Shown piece by piece: positions 25,630 to 37,657 of a DNA stretch of 64,000 nucleotides. Below the pieces are notes generated by a model. It was given only the letters and a program-made list of their open reading frames with translations. It was not told where the DNA came from and did no database searches. Origin of the DNA: Plasmodiophora brassicae (Eukaryota); assembly GCA_036867785.1 (NCBI GenBank), contig CP145422.1:558001-622000 (forward strand), given 5' to 3'. The number at the start of each line of letters is the position of its first letter. Within the stretch, counting starts at the first letter, position 1. The position numbers were made by a program, and so were the translations under genes.

Positions 25630-28202
25630 TTATAAAGTGTTGTACGGCGCGCCTTTCATTAGTCCAGAAACAGCACAAGAAAACTGCATGGCCTCAGACG
25701 CCAGCTGGTTTGTCTTGTCTGCGATTATCCCCGCCTTATCGTTTATATCGTCCGTCTGGGTACAACGATCAGTGTGCCAACAAAGGAAGAGTCACAAATC
25801 GGATACCGTTGGCGAGTCAGGCCGACGAGTCGACAATGCGACAGGCGGCCCTCCAGGAGACAGTTGCGTGAAAGGCTGGTCAACCTTCGACGATCGACAC
25901 TGTGGTCCCCGGGAAGACTGGTACCGTAGGCGGTTATAGCACCCATCGCACGCACGCTGTAGGGTCCCAGAGCGCTCATTGGCGCTAAAGTCAAGGTATC
26001 TGCGAGTCGAGCATAACGAGCAGACCAGTGAACCACAGTGTCTACAGTGATGCCGCCGGACAAAGAACCCAAACTTGCAGTCGCAAGACTGGCAGTTGTC
26101 CTGGCTCTTATCATCGACCTATAGCATGTGCCCGTTAGAAGAGACTTCCGATACCACATATAGAGAGCAAACCCATTCGTAGTGACGATGCCGGGAATGA
26201 GCAACGACGCGTCTGTGAGTAAACTCATTGTCGTGACCTGACTCCGCATCAGGTTCAAGTGTTTCACCAGTGCCATCAGAGCACAGCAGGTTATCTCGAG
26301 CCCCATATCGAAGCAGCAATGTCCGCATCTCAAGCGAGGTAGCAGCACGAATAGGTGACACGCCATTCCAATCAGGCAGATTAGGCGGAGCACCATAACG
26401 CAAGAGCCAACGGGCAGACCGGATACAATTGTGTGCTGCAGCTCGGTGAAGGGGGAAGCACGTATGAGGCGACGCATCGTTCTCAAGAAGGAACCCGACG
26501 ACCTTCGACAGATCACGTTCAGCAGCATGGACCAGAGGTGTCGTCCCAGTGGACATATCAGTAGAGTCGGGATGAACTCCAGAACGAATCAGAGCGAGAG
26601 CACATTCGAGTGCGGGAATGGAACCGGAAAACAACGCCGCCCAGAGCGGAGTGTGTGCCTCGGCATTGGCAAGTGTGAGAGCAGACACAGGGGCAGCAGA
26701 AGCCAACGCTTGAACGCATCCAAGATCACCATTTCGACACGCAATATGCAAACAGGAGTCCCCCCGCCCATCGAGCACGGCAACATTCGCACGTCTCTCT
26801 ATCAGGATCTCAACGCATTCCCGATGTCCTCCATAAGTCGCCATGTGGAGAGCGGTAGCCCCCTCTAAACGACAATCGTTACATTCACATGAAGACGATA
26901 TATCGCAGACAATGTACCTTCATCCGGCTCGTCAATGCAGACGCCCTCTTGAGACAGCAGTTCAGTCAGGCCAGACGGGTCGCACAGTAAAGCCATAGAG
27001 TGCAACGTCCCGCGAAGGACACGATGGATTGCACCATAGATGAATAAGTTGGAGGCAGATCGAACAGCTTGCAGGGCCGCCTCGTACAGAATCTGGACAA
27101 TTCTATTTCGCGCCCTATCCGACACTGTCGAGACAACAAACCGGCCCTCGTCAGCGTTAGACGACCCGATCTCGAACGCGAACGGCGACGTAGAATGCCT
27201 AGAAGAGACCCAGAGATACTGCATTGGAACGACTTCGCTGGCCTCAACCGTCCCGCCATTCTCAGCACCAGGTAATGCTAAGACGCATATATCCTTGAAC
27301 ACAAGGAGCCTCCGGGAATCAACAAGTCTGCCAGTAGACCATATTTTCACAGGAGCGCTGAACAGCGGATCCTCACGTCCGCCAGCCGTGGCCCTGAACT
27401 CCTCCGGCAGCGATACAGTGACTTTGCTGTCGATCCGCGAAGTGCCCCGAAACGACGCCGCAATGATTGCATCGATCCACGTCGATCTTTCCTCGTCGCT
27501 CGCAGCGCATATCCAGTACGTCCTCCTGCCGTGCAGCGGCGTCACACCAAACGAATGTTCCCGTTTGGTAATATGGTCTCCATCAACCATGACTGAACAT
27601 TCACCCAAGCCGATGATGCCGGCGGCGTGGCCGGTCGACACTTTGAGCTTCCAGTACGACATTTGGCCTAGATTGAACTGTGAGCGTCTCATCACTGCAG
27701 GGCGCAAGGTGCTTGACCTAACCGTCCAGGATAACGAAATACCTCCGCTTCCAGTTCTTAACTTTGCTGCCCCGCTTGACCAGATACCCTTCTATGGAGG
27801 AGTCGGGAAATAGATTGACGGGCGGCCCACCTTGCCGATCCAGAAGAGCAACGTGCCATCGATCGCGCTCGTGCATGGAGCCCGCGGCGAGACAGACGCT
27901 GTTTCCACACGCCGACGTGACACGAAAAGGAAACGTGTCATTATCAGACCCTTCCGCAACGACGTCGACCTTGGCCGTTGTAATATCGACGCAGATGACG
28001 GGATTCGACAGCGATTCACGATCACCAGTAGACGAGAACCCGAACAGGTGATCGCCGATAATAACCTATCACATATGTGGGCGTGCACTCGCACCCTATA
28101 CGAATTCGCGACGCTGACCAATGGCGTGCGCTTCCATCGCGCCAGTAATGGGCCGTCACCCTTTCGGCGTCGCAGAATCCCCTCCAGAACAATGTCGGCC
28201 AT
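25630..28202 (-). CDS. PH domain(s) + ankyrin repeats + FYVE finger protein, multi-exon
   Basis: PH motifs (LEGILRRRKG..RWKR; YWICAASDEERSTWIDAI); ankyrins (GDSCLHIAC, TPLVHAA, PLHRAA); FYVE W|VDD..CQSCDCKFGFFVRRHHCRHCGSLVCSLCS...RACDGC in a frame not listed in the ORF track (about 25921-26118). Confidence 0.88.
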
Positions 28203-28317
28203 TCCGCCGCGCGTCGCACCCAAAATGACAATGCGGCAGCTGAACCAATGTCGCTTTTGCGCACTCAACGGTCACAAGAACGTCGTTTGTCAGGACACAC
28301 AGTTTAGACAGTTCAGT

Positions 28318-29956
28318 TCATTTCTTGTGCCTCTTGAACGGCCTGCCACCGGGATTGCCCTTCCGCCCACCCTTGTTCTTCCTGCTGTCGTCAAGCTCAC
28401 GAAGCTCCTACAAAAGCAGGGTGAGCGTCGTAGACGTTGAGTCTCAATTGGGGGTCGGTTTACCATTTGGGCAATGCGCTGTGCTTCGACAACGCGGTCA
28501 AAGAGCACCATGACCTCCGCTTGTTCCGCTTGGTATTCGTTCATCTTGAAACCAATCACTGTCGAGCAACGATTAGGTGTGACCGGCGCCGGCAGTCCGG
28601 GATACTGACATTGTTCAATACGCTGGAACAATTCCACGTCGTACTGGGTGACAAGCGTAATGGCTGTTCCAGAACGACCTGCGCGTGCAGTTCTCCCGAC
28701 CCGGTGGATATAATCTTTCGAATGCGTTGGAATGTCGTAATTGATGACGTAATCCACACACGGAATATCAAGACCTCTGCAAGAAGCGACATCACTCAAA
28801 GGTACACAATACCAGTATGGAAGCAGACCTGGAGGCAACATCGGTGGCAACAAGAATCTTGCGATCGCCAGACTTGAATTTGTTCAGCGCACCGAGGCGC
28901 TTCGGTTGCGTCATTTGACCGTGCAAAGGAACAGCCGGAAACCCAAGTGCCCGAAGCATGAGAGCGATACGTGCGGTGGTTCGAACGGTGTCTGCGAAGA
29001 TAATGGCACTGCCACCCGTAAACTCGTTCAGCGCGAAAACTAAATAGCAATCCTTGTTCTTGGCAGGAATGAATTTGTACTGTTGGCAATAGTCAGAACA
29101 CTGCTAAAGCTGAGGACGGCAATGACCCACCTGCTGTACAAGACCCGTTACAGTTTGGTACTTGCTCGAAACGGAGACTTTGACAGGGTTGGACAACGAC
29201 GCTCTTTGAAGCTTGGCGACACGAGACGTCATAGTTGCCGAAAACAGCATAGTAGTACGTGTCTTGGGGATGACGCCAAGAAGTGTGTCAATCTCTTTCT
29301 CAAAGTCCATGTTGAGTAGTCGGTCAGCTTCGTCAAGCACAAGGAACTTCAGATTCGCCAGACTGAAGCCTTTCGTGTTTTGTAGGTGGTCAACAAGCCG
29401 CCCAGGCGTTGCGACGATGATATGCGGATTACGGGAAATCGCAATGGCTTGTTGGATCATGTCAATGCCACCAACAAGACAAGCAACTTTAACGCCAATC
29501 GTGCTTCCAAGGGCTTCGAACTGCTCTTGAATCTGAAATCTGAAACGTGAATCAGTAAATGACTTGTTCACGAGCGATCGTCGTCAAGGCGTACGCAAGT
29601 TCTCTTGTGGGTGCCAGGACGGCTGCGAACATCTTCTGGGGTGAAGCAAGTAGCGCTTGAAGTACTGGGATGGCGAAGGCAGCGGTTTTGCCGGATCCTG
29701 TCTCTGCCAAACCGATAACATCACGACCTGCAGAGGAGCATTTTAGAGCAGGCCCAGGGCGGTAAGCAGTGGCGCCTGAACCTTCCAGAGCATGCGGAAT
29801 TGCTTCGCACTGAATCGCTGTTGGTTTGGTGAAACCCAGTGCAGAGCACGCCTCTTGAATCTCCTTACATACACCGAGGCTGGCAAACGTCGCAGGCGTT
29901 TCCTGGTCGGCATCGCCTGGACTTTCCGGTTGCTCAACAATGTCCTGACCAGGCAT
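28318..29956 (-). CDS. DDX47: DEAD-box RNA helicase DDX47/RRP3, multi-exon
   Basis: Q motif [58 protein letters not shown]. Confidence 0.93.
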
Positions 29957-30240
29957 GTTGTCTCAGACGCGGCAGTCCTTTGACGCCGCGGACTTCCGCG
30001 GAGTCCGTGATGTGCGAACGAAGCGCTGAGCGATAGGTAAGCAGCAACTCCTATGTAGGTACATAGCACGGTAGTCGCTTGCCGCAGGGTTGCGTAGCAG
30101 TGTCTCGCTGAAAGTACGCAAGGGATCATGTCCTGTGGATACAGGAAGACCCGATATCCCGGATGTCTGAATCCCAAACCTGTGTTCACAGAACACGGTG
30201 CCGCTGTGTATGTGTCCCGAGACTTCTATGTAATCCGGCG

Positions 30241-31182
30241 ATGAACGACCTAGACAACCCGAACGACACGTTGCTGCCTATCGACCCGTTGGGCAACGGT
30301 GGGCAGCATTATTTGGTAGAAGCCCTTGGAGGCTGTGATGTCAGCACAAGACCTGAACGCCAGAACGCGGTCAAAGCTGCCGTAGCCTTCGATCGCGAAG
30401 TCTGCAAGTACCTGGGCTGTCGACAACGTCAGGACAGCCCGGAAGCACAACCCAGCCCACAACGAGATGTCCGAACTATTTCAGCCGAAATTGCTCACAG
30501 AACCTTGTGCCGCTAAACGCGCTTCAGCTGCGTGCACGCGCGTCCATGAAGAAGTAGAAGATCGCGCAATCGAGAAGACGTGAGGAACTCCTTCGAAACC
30601 ATGCCTGACATGAATAATGATGTGCTTAAGGCGATATCAACACCCTTGGGAGCGATGTTTAAAATCCCTGGGGTATTCAGCGCGATTGCCTTCGCTCGTC
30701 GAAACATGTTCTATCTGCTCTTATGTCGGTTTTGCTGTGGGCCCGCTGGGGTTGCATGCACCTTCGTGCACTTTCGCGAGTACGTCCATTCACCGCACTA
30801 CTGAGATCTGGTACACCTTCTAGCATCGGGCACCAATCGCCAGTTGTGCTTGAGCGTCGGCAGCACCCACGCCAATAATGCGGCGAACGTGGTAATTATC
30901 AGGCTCGCGTGTGCACCCAGGGGCATGAGCAACGCCCAGCAGAAGGGAGTTCTGTTCGCGATTGCAGGACAGGTATACGTCGTATGCCACGGTATGGAGT
31001 TGCGGATCGCTCTTAGCCCCCCATGCGTTGTCGGCACAGAGGAAGCACCCTCCCTTCCTGTGCAGCTGCGTTCGATGGGCGGACCAGCCAAGGTGCATCA
31101 TGGAGCGGTTCGCCTTCATGACTGTGTCCCAGGGGCCATCATCTTCTACACGAACACCGTTTTATGTCTTACACCAGTTTGA
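30241..31182 (+). CDS. Hypothetical multi-exon protein; boundaries uncertain
   Basis: Chain of + strand ORFs separated by intron-like GT..AG gaps; no domain recognised. Confidence 0.35.
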
Positions 31183-31209
31183 ACCCGAGAATGGAACATT
31201 GAGGAACGA

Positions 31210-32854
31210 CTAGGAACGACTCGGGCCATGGCCAGTTATGCTTTGGCTAGTTATGCTTTGCCTATCACCAGCGGTAACCCGCGACCGCAGGAACAACTCC
31301 GACGAGGACGGGCCTTCGCGTCTCGGGCCTCTAGACTGCGGTGACCACGATCGAGCACGGGATCGTACAGACGCATCTTCGATGGGAGACAACCGAGACC
31401 CCGGAGACCTCATAGAAGGAGATGTAGGGCTGATCACGCGGTTCTGAAATGATGGACATTAGCTGATATATCGTAGAACGCGAGCAAGGACCGACCTTGG
31501 CTCGGATAAACAGGTAAATGAACAGCGACGCAAGGATACTCCCAACGAACTCAGGGAGTGCCAGAATCGGAATGAAAAACAGAAACGGGCTTAGAAGAGC
31601 GAAACGCTTCCCTAGGAACGAAACGAAGGTGGTTGCAAAGGCTGTTCAAAGACAGATCAGTCCAATGGAAAGGCCGTCGCAACGTTAGCACCTACAGTGT
31701 GGCACAACAGCATTGACATAAGAAAGGAAGCAGAATGAGAGCAGGTTTTGGAAGAAGAAACATGTCCCACTATTTCAAAGTGCGAAGTCAGGCACAAACG
31801 TAGACATACAAAGGTAAAGTCGTACGAAAGGGTGATCCATATTGCAATTCTGCCGGAGCCTTTCGTCGAAAGGGCGATACGGTCCCAAAGCAGCTCGAAC
31901 TCCTTGAAGCCTTCAGCGACGTTGAAGAATAGCGCAATGAACATGACGATACTGGCAGACATGATCGACAGGAGAAAATACAGGTTTACGGGACCGTCGA
32001 CTTCAGGCATTGATAAGGCGCGGCGAGCGTACACAAACCTGTATTCACCAGCACGTAATAAGAATCACGAATGGTGACATACCACAATGATTACCGTAAC
32101 GACGACGCGACAGTGGTGACAGTCGCAAGAATTAGATTTGCAGCGTTGAACTCCAGGAAGTACGCGCCGGCACAAGCCAGACTGGCTACGAAAAGGACAA
32201 GGAAAATATAGGATCGACGATTGTAACGCTCGTCTAACATCTTGTAAGCCAGGGCAGCGGTAAACAGTGGTTCTAAAGAGAGACCCAATTCAGACGATAT
32301 CGCGGAGGCAGCAACCGACCTGTACCGGCAGCGCGTACGACTTCGTAGAAATACATTGACGTTGGCGTATTAGCGCTCACATCGAGAACAACAAGATGCG
32401 ACACCGTATGACAAATGGCCAGAGGAAGAAGCTGCGAAAGAGATCGGAATGACAGCTGGCTCGGGAACGAGCTACGCCTTATCAGCCAGGCCACTCCAAT
32501 AATCGGGATGCCCAGTACAGACTACGGAATCAGGGAGTCAGATCGCTTTTCCAGGTGAATATTATCTACGACTACCTGAATGACCATGAACGTCCAAGGT
32601 ACAGGAACAGATTCCAAAGTCTTAAAACGCGAGCTATAATAAAATCCGGTTAGAAGAAACCATCCGAAGAAAACGAGACGGTTCGATTCCGTCCCGAAAC
32701 ACGATCGCCGATCAGTGACGCGACCGGCGTCATCGCCGGAGTCCGAGCTCTCCGCGCTCGGCGAATATGTTTCGTCGTCGTCGGTGGCATTGCTACTGCT
32801 GAACTTGTTCAGATCCGCTCCAGCCTGCGATGCCCCATCATGCACCAATGTCAT
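31210..32854 (-). CDS. Triose-phosphate/phosphate-translocator-like (TPT/SLC35E) transporter, multi-exon
   Basis: LLPLAICHTVSH, FYEVVRA|LEPLFTAAL, ASSLR..YARR, NLYFLLSIMS match TPT-family motifs. Confidence 0.75.
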
Positions 32855-33081
32855 TTCACGAGCTCCAGGCCGTCAGGCCAAATCGAAATGCGACGTGCGC
32901 ACACCAGCGACTAAAATTACCCGCGGCGAACACTGTACCGAGACTCCGAGTGCAATACCACGGGGATCACGCCATGTCTGTGCATCCCTTGCTGCAACTG
33001 TCGCAGCTCATCACGCGAACAGCAACATCACCAAGCAATGGTAACCTCATCAGAAGGCCGTTTTGTATTTCCATACTGTAC

Positions 33082-33747
33082 TCATTGGCCCTCTTGGTCG
33101 ACTTCATCCATGTCGTGTTCCCCGATGTCGTTCCCGATTTTGACTTCGGGATGTTCTGCAGTTGGTGAACACACATTAGTACGACGTGGCGAGTGACGAT
33201 ACAAGGCGCAGTAACCTGCGTTGCTTGACGTTTGCTGCATGGCGGAGCACATTGACAGGTACAGAGAATTCAGAGCGAGGGACTCCTGCAGTGGAACAAA
33301 CCGGCACTCGCTGATGGCATCCGGTTCACAATCCAAGTCGACATCGAACTGGAGCAGAAGCCAAGGCCCAGGGAAGTCCTCGTTTCCAGACGTCGATATC
33401 GCGTGAAGCGTGACTGCGTGCGCGATCGATATCAGGAAAAGTGTCCGTTTCCTACTCGTGGCATCCCTTACCGAATGGCAGGTCGATGCTCCAACCAAGG
33501 CGCTCATCATCGCTACTCAGCCAGACCACATTCCTATCGAAGGGCGTGTTGACCACATCGCACATTGGTTGACGTTGTTCGGTCATGCGTACCGGTTCGT
33601 AACGTACAGCGATCCAGCGCCTAGATCGTCATTTCCGAGGACCATGCGGATCCCATCCTGGAACTGAATAATCTGCTCATCCAGGGCCAGAATAGGCGTC
33701 GGAGCCGCCGCTGAATCTGATCGTTCGTACAAGCGAAGCAACGGCAT
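33082..33747 (-). CDS. CLNS1A: pICln / methylosome subunit (Voldacs domain), multi-exon
   Basis: LGAGSLYVT, VVWLS....GWSI, TLHAIS, ECRFVP, acidic tail. Confidence 0.75.
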
Positions 33748-34083
33748 CTTCGAGTCGCAGTGCAGCTCCACGGACTGCGTGGTTGATAGACGGTACTTAC
33801 GGGAGGATGCGGGAATGCACGATTTTTGCATGTGATGTGGAAACGCATCGCGTACAGATGATATCTGTAATGAATAGGTGTGTATAAGAATTATGGCATT
33901 CGTTGCTGATAGCATTGTCCAAGTTGTACTGAAAGAGAGTATTCTGAAACATAACTACGCCGGAACTGGTTCTCTGTTGCAAAACCCTTCATCCATCGCA
34001 GCCTGTTGAGGTTGGAGTGATTGCTGACCAGTCACAAGTACGTCCAGGATCCATTTGGCCAGTCCGGACTTCGACGGAGCGCA

Positions 34084-34560
34084 AGTGTCTCTGTAGTTAC
34101 ATGGACACTCGCGGACATTTCACGGCGGACACTACAGAATCACGTGTCACTGCACTCCCATGATGCTCGAGTTCACTAGAGTAAACTGGCTGACTGAGAA
34201 GTCGACTATGCTTGACCAGAATACCGTAATGTAGAGCTCTCCATCCTCTTTTAATTGGGATACTTGACAAACAGTAATATCAATTTTTTATATCAAGTGC
34301 TGCGGCTGTACACTTGGGTACACTCGCGATGCGCCGTGTTGTTTGTAAGCGCTTTTCTCACCCTTGTCTTATTGAATTTTTATCATCGGCACGTCATAAT
34401 GTAGATCTAGACGTGCATAAGAAGATGATTTTGCTGTCTTCACAAGGCTCGCAGTACAGGCCGAGAACTTCATCGCCAAAGATAGTGTCCCACGTACACT
34501 TGCCAAGTGTCCGTACATTTCACGGCGGACACTACGTGGACACTCTGCGCACTTCGGTGC
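34084..34560. repeat. Direct repeat pair with clustered GGACAC/GTGTCC motifs
   Basis: ACATTTCACGGCGGACACTAC at about 34115-34135 and 34515-34535, plus several GGACAC/GTGTCC copies, in an AT-richer intergenic stretch. Confidence 0.6.
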
Positions 34561-34858
34561 CAGCTTTTGTCTACGCAAATGTCCGATTTGGCGGTGACTA
34601 TTACGGTCGACGAATTCTGACTGTTCGATCATACCCTGGGCCCGCTAAAGTAGATACATATGGAATGGTATTCCTACTCACTCACGGCCCATCATTATAT
34701 ACAACAAGAATGACACTTAGCATGAGGCTTGCACGTCTATACGGTATTCTCCACTGAACATTCCAGATATAATACGACCGCTCGTTCCACGAACCCCTTC
34801 AATTATCCATCTACTGCAAAGCAGTCATCAGCGTAATAACGGTCATTCCCGCATCCTC

Positions 34859-36064
34859 CGGTGGAAACAAATATTTGCATCACTCGGAAGAAATACTTGG
34901 ATCACGAGGAAGAAATTGTTGCATCAAAAGGAAGAAACAAGTGGGTCACGCGGAAAAAATGTTTGCATCATCCCGAAGAAATATGTGGATCAACGGTCAA
35001 AAATTAATGAATAATGGATCACGGGGAGCCGCCGTTAGCGGGCGACGACGAGGCGGCCACCTCAGCATCGAACGCTGCAGCGCAGCAACGTAGCTCGAGA
35101 GGTACACCTGCATGTTAGTACCAACATTTGGAAGTTGGCTTACAGGATCCATCGTCTGCAGCTCGGTGCGGCCGTCCGGCGAAGAACCCAGAAAGCATCC
35201 CGCGGCTGGATCCAACCATCGCGTGTGATCCACGAGTCGCAGACATCCGGTTCACCCCAGCGGTTTCCGGTACCCTAAACGCTGCCAATCAGCGACGACT
35301 TGATGAACAACGACGAATTGCTCGAGAGAAAAGCCGGCAACATGCATTGCAACAATTTCAGCAACTCCAGTGTGCAGCTGATCACGTTCGCGCGGTCGCC
35401 AACAGGAAAATCGAACGCTTCAGGTTGATATCGGAACGCGAACGAGCATTTGCTGAAGAGTTGTCCCAGTGGCAAGTTAAACTGATAGCGGGTGACGGTT
35501 CATATTGGGAAGGCGACTATGAAGCGATGTCTACTGGATGAGGTGAACCGCATATCAATTGACGATATTCGGCGAACGTACGACCATATGAGGGAGTTCC
35601 TCGCGTACTGTAAGGATAGACGACCCGTCTTCACGCAGAAGCTCTACGAGTCGGCGCATCACGGAGATGAAGCGCGCACGTGCCCAGCCCTCTCTGTCGA
35701 TGTCGAGGATCTGCTGAACAGTTACTTGCCGCAGTTCTATGACGAGTTTACTCCAGCTGGCTGTCAGCATTTGCGCGAAGTGTTCGGTTGTTCGCGCTTG
35801 ACGAAGGAATTTGTCGAGAAGTTCTGCGACGGTCAGGTTCATGCAACGCAGTTAGAAGAAGATGCTGCTCACGAAGGTGTTCCGAATGATCCAAAGTCAC
35901 CATTCACTGAAAGGCCCACGTTATCGCCATGACGGAAAAAATAAATGGTTCATGATCCACACGTTTTTTCCGCTTGATCCACTTGTTTCTTCCTGTTGAT
36001 GCAACTATTTTTTCCTCGTGATCCAAGTATTTCTTCCGAGTGATGCAAATATTTGTTTACACCG
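34859..36064. mobile_element. Non-autonomous TIR DNA element (~1.2 kb) with ~110-bp inverted arms made of 22-bp repeats
   Basis: Left CGGTGGAAACAAATATTTGCATCACTCGGAAGAAATACTTGGATCACGAGG matches the reverse complement of the right end ...CCTCGTGATCCAAGTATTTCTTCCGAGTGATGCAAATATTTGTTTACACCG; TA follows the right end. Confidence 0.85.
35128..35932 (+). pseudogene. Cargo ORF fragments inside the TIR element
   Basis: Two overlapping ORFs (137 and 146 aa) with intron-like joins; no DDE motif seen; no clean start. Confidence 0.4.
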
Positions 36065-36114
36065 TAAGTACATAGATGTGGGCCAGGAGACACATAATCG
36101 CTGAACATTTGCAT

Positions 36115-37458
36115 TTAACCACTAAATGGTGGCCGGCTAGCGTCACGGTTCCTGGCCCCTCGCGCACAGATTGGTTTGTCATAGACGCGTATCGGCGCAG
36201 TTGTGGCCAGTCGCTGCTCAAAGTCCTCAAGTTCGCATCGCCATGCTGTCCGCTCTGATAGCGCCGGGGCAGAGCATGAACGCTGCATGCGAGTCTGCTT
36301 TTGTTTCATCTTGTCCTTCTGCCAGTCTTCTTGCCATTTCAGGACGCCCTCTACGTCAAGCATCGGTTTAGACTGCACTGGGCCTCCGTAGTCTATGTAG
36401 ATTTGTAAGACAGGCTTCCCGGCAATACACTGCTGGGTTACCATTTCCAAGCAGACCCTTGTCGAAGAGCAGACCACGGTATTCTCCATAGTCATACCCA
36501 ATGCGCTCGACTTGGTTCCTTGGCAAGTTCGGTTTCGACATGCGCTCAATCGCTTCAGACACCTCTGGGGCGGTCGTCGAGCGCGATTTCTGACAGCTGG
36601 TTATGAGGTACCGTCATACGACAACTGGACAGCGACTGCCTGACCTTTTGCACTGAAATTCCACGAGGACGGACTGTAGACCGTCGCTTGGAAACAAGCC
36701 GCGCTTGCTTCTGGAAGTCGGCCCGGATGGCATCATGGATCCCACGTTTTACGGCGATCGCCCACGTCTGTAGCATGAAGTCTTTCTCGACATTGTGCTC
36801 GATCTGCTTGATTGCGCAAACGTTCCCCTCTGGAAACAACGATCCAGAACGCCTATAGTACTCGTCAACAACAACAGCTGCCGGGCACTACGGCACTGAC
36901 TGACCTGTTTGCTGGAATCCGCCACAAGTTGTTCCAGTCATTCGGCAGTGTTGTGAGTGATATCACTGAACGCCAATGCTCTAGGCAGTCGCGTAACGAG
37001 GCCAGATCTCCTGGCCAGCTCCCGTTCTGCTTGTTGATGACCTGCTGGATCCGGTTGCGTAACATCTGGACCGCGAATGTCCCGTCGATGTTCGCGTGTA
37101 ACTCCTGCCTCCTTCTCCACCTCGCTTCTTCCGCCTTCCGCACCTTCTCGTCGTACTCTCGTAGGTGCCTCTCGTATGCTCGTATCTTATGCTCCTTCCC
37201 TTCCGTTTTCGGCGGCCTCGTATGCAGCTTCGGGTTGATACAAACGCCACGCCACGGCGCCATGTTCAGGCGGCGATCCAATGCGTTACGAAGTGATCGA
37301 AACAGCGGTGATGTTTGCCATTCGCGGACGAGCTGATCGTACGCACTCGGGTCGTTGTCGAGCAGGGCGCGCTGCAGGCGGGGAACGCAGCCGTACTTCA
37401 GCGCACGCGTCGACAGCGTTGGCCGGGGCACATCGCCCAGGCTAGCGACGCGATACAT
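36115..37458 (-). CDS. Hypothetical basic protein, multi-exon
   Basis: ORF 36865-37458 splices in frame (GTCAGT...TATAG) to ORF 36555-36839; 3' exons uncertain. Confidence 0.5.
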
Positions 37459-37657
37459 TGGCTTGGTGGAACCGAGCGACCTCCAAATATCTCGGGGTTG
37501 GACCCGATCTTGAAGGTCAGGACATGGCTCGCGGAATGTGCTACAGGTAAACAGGGTTGCCGCCGGTCAGCCCCGCCACTCTGCAGGGATAGGTAGTTCC
37601 CGACCCCGGCAACCCGTGCCGGCAAGTCCGTCGTTTTATCGTGCGCGGTGCGTCGGG

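Noticed and set aside
34870-35005. 22-bp periodic array as a CRISPR
   Set aside because: No unique spacers, no cas genes, eukaryotic context, and it is mirrored as an inverted arm
37490-37630. GACCC/CCCG-rich stretch as another hAT end
   Set aside because: Too few motifs and no terminus; more simply the GC-rich divergent promoter of SPT16
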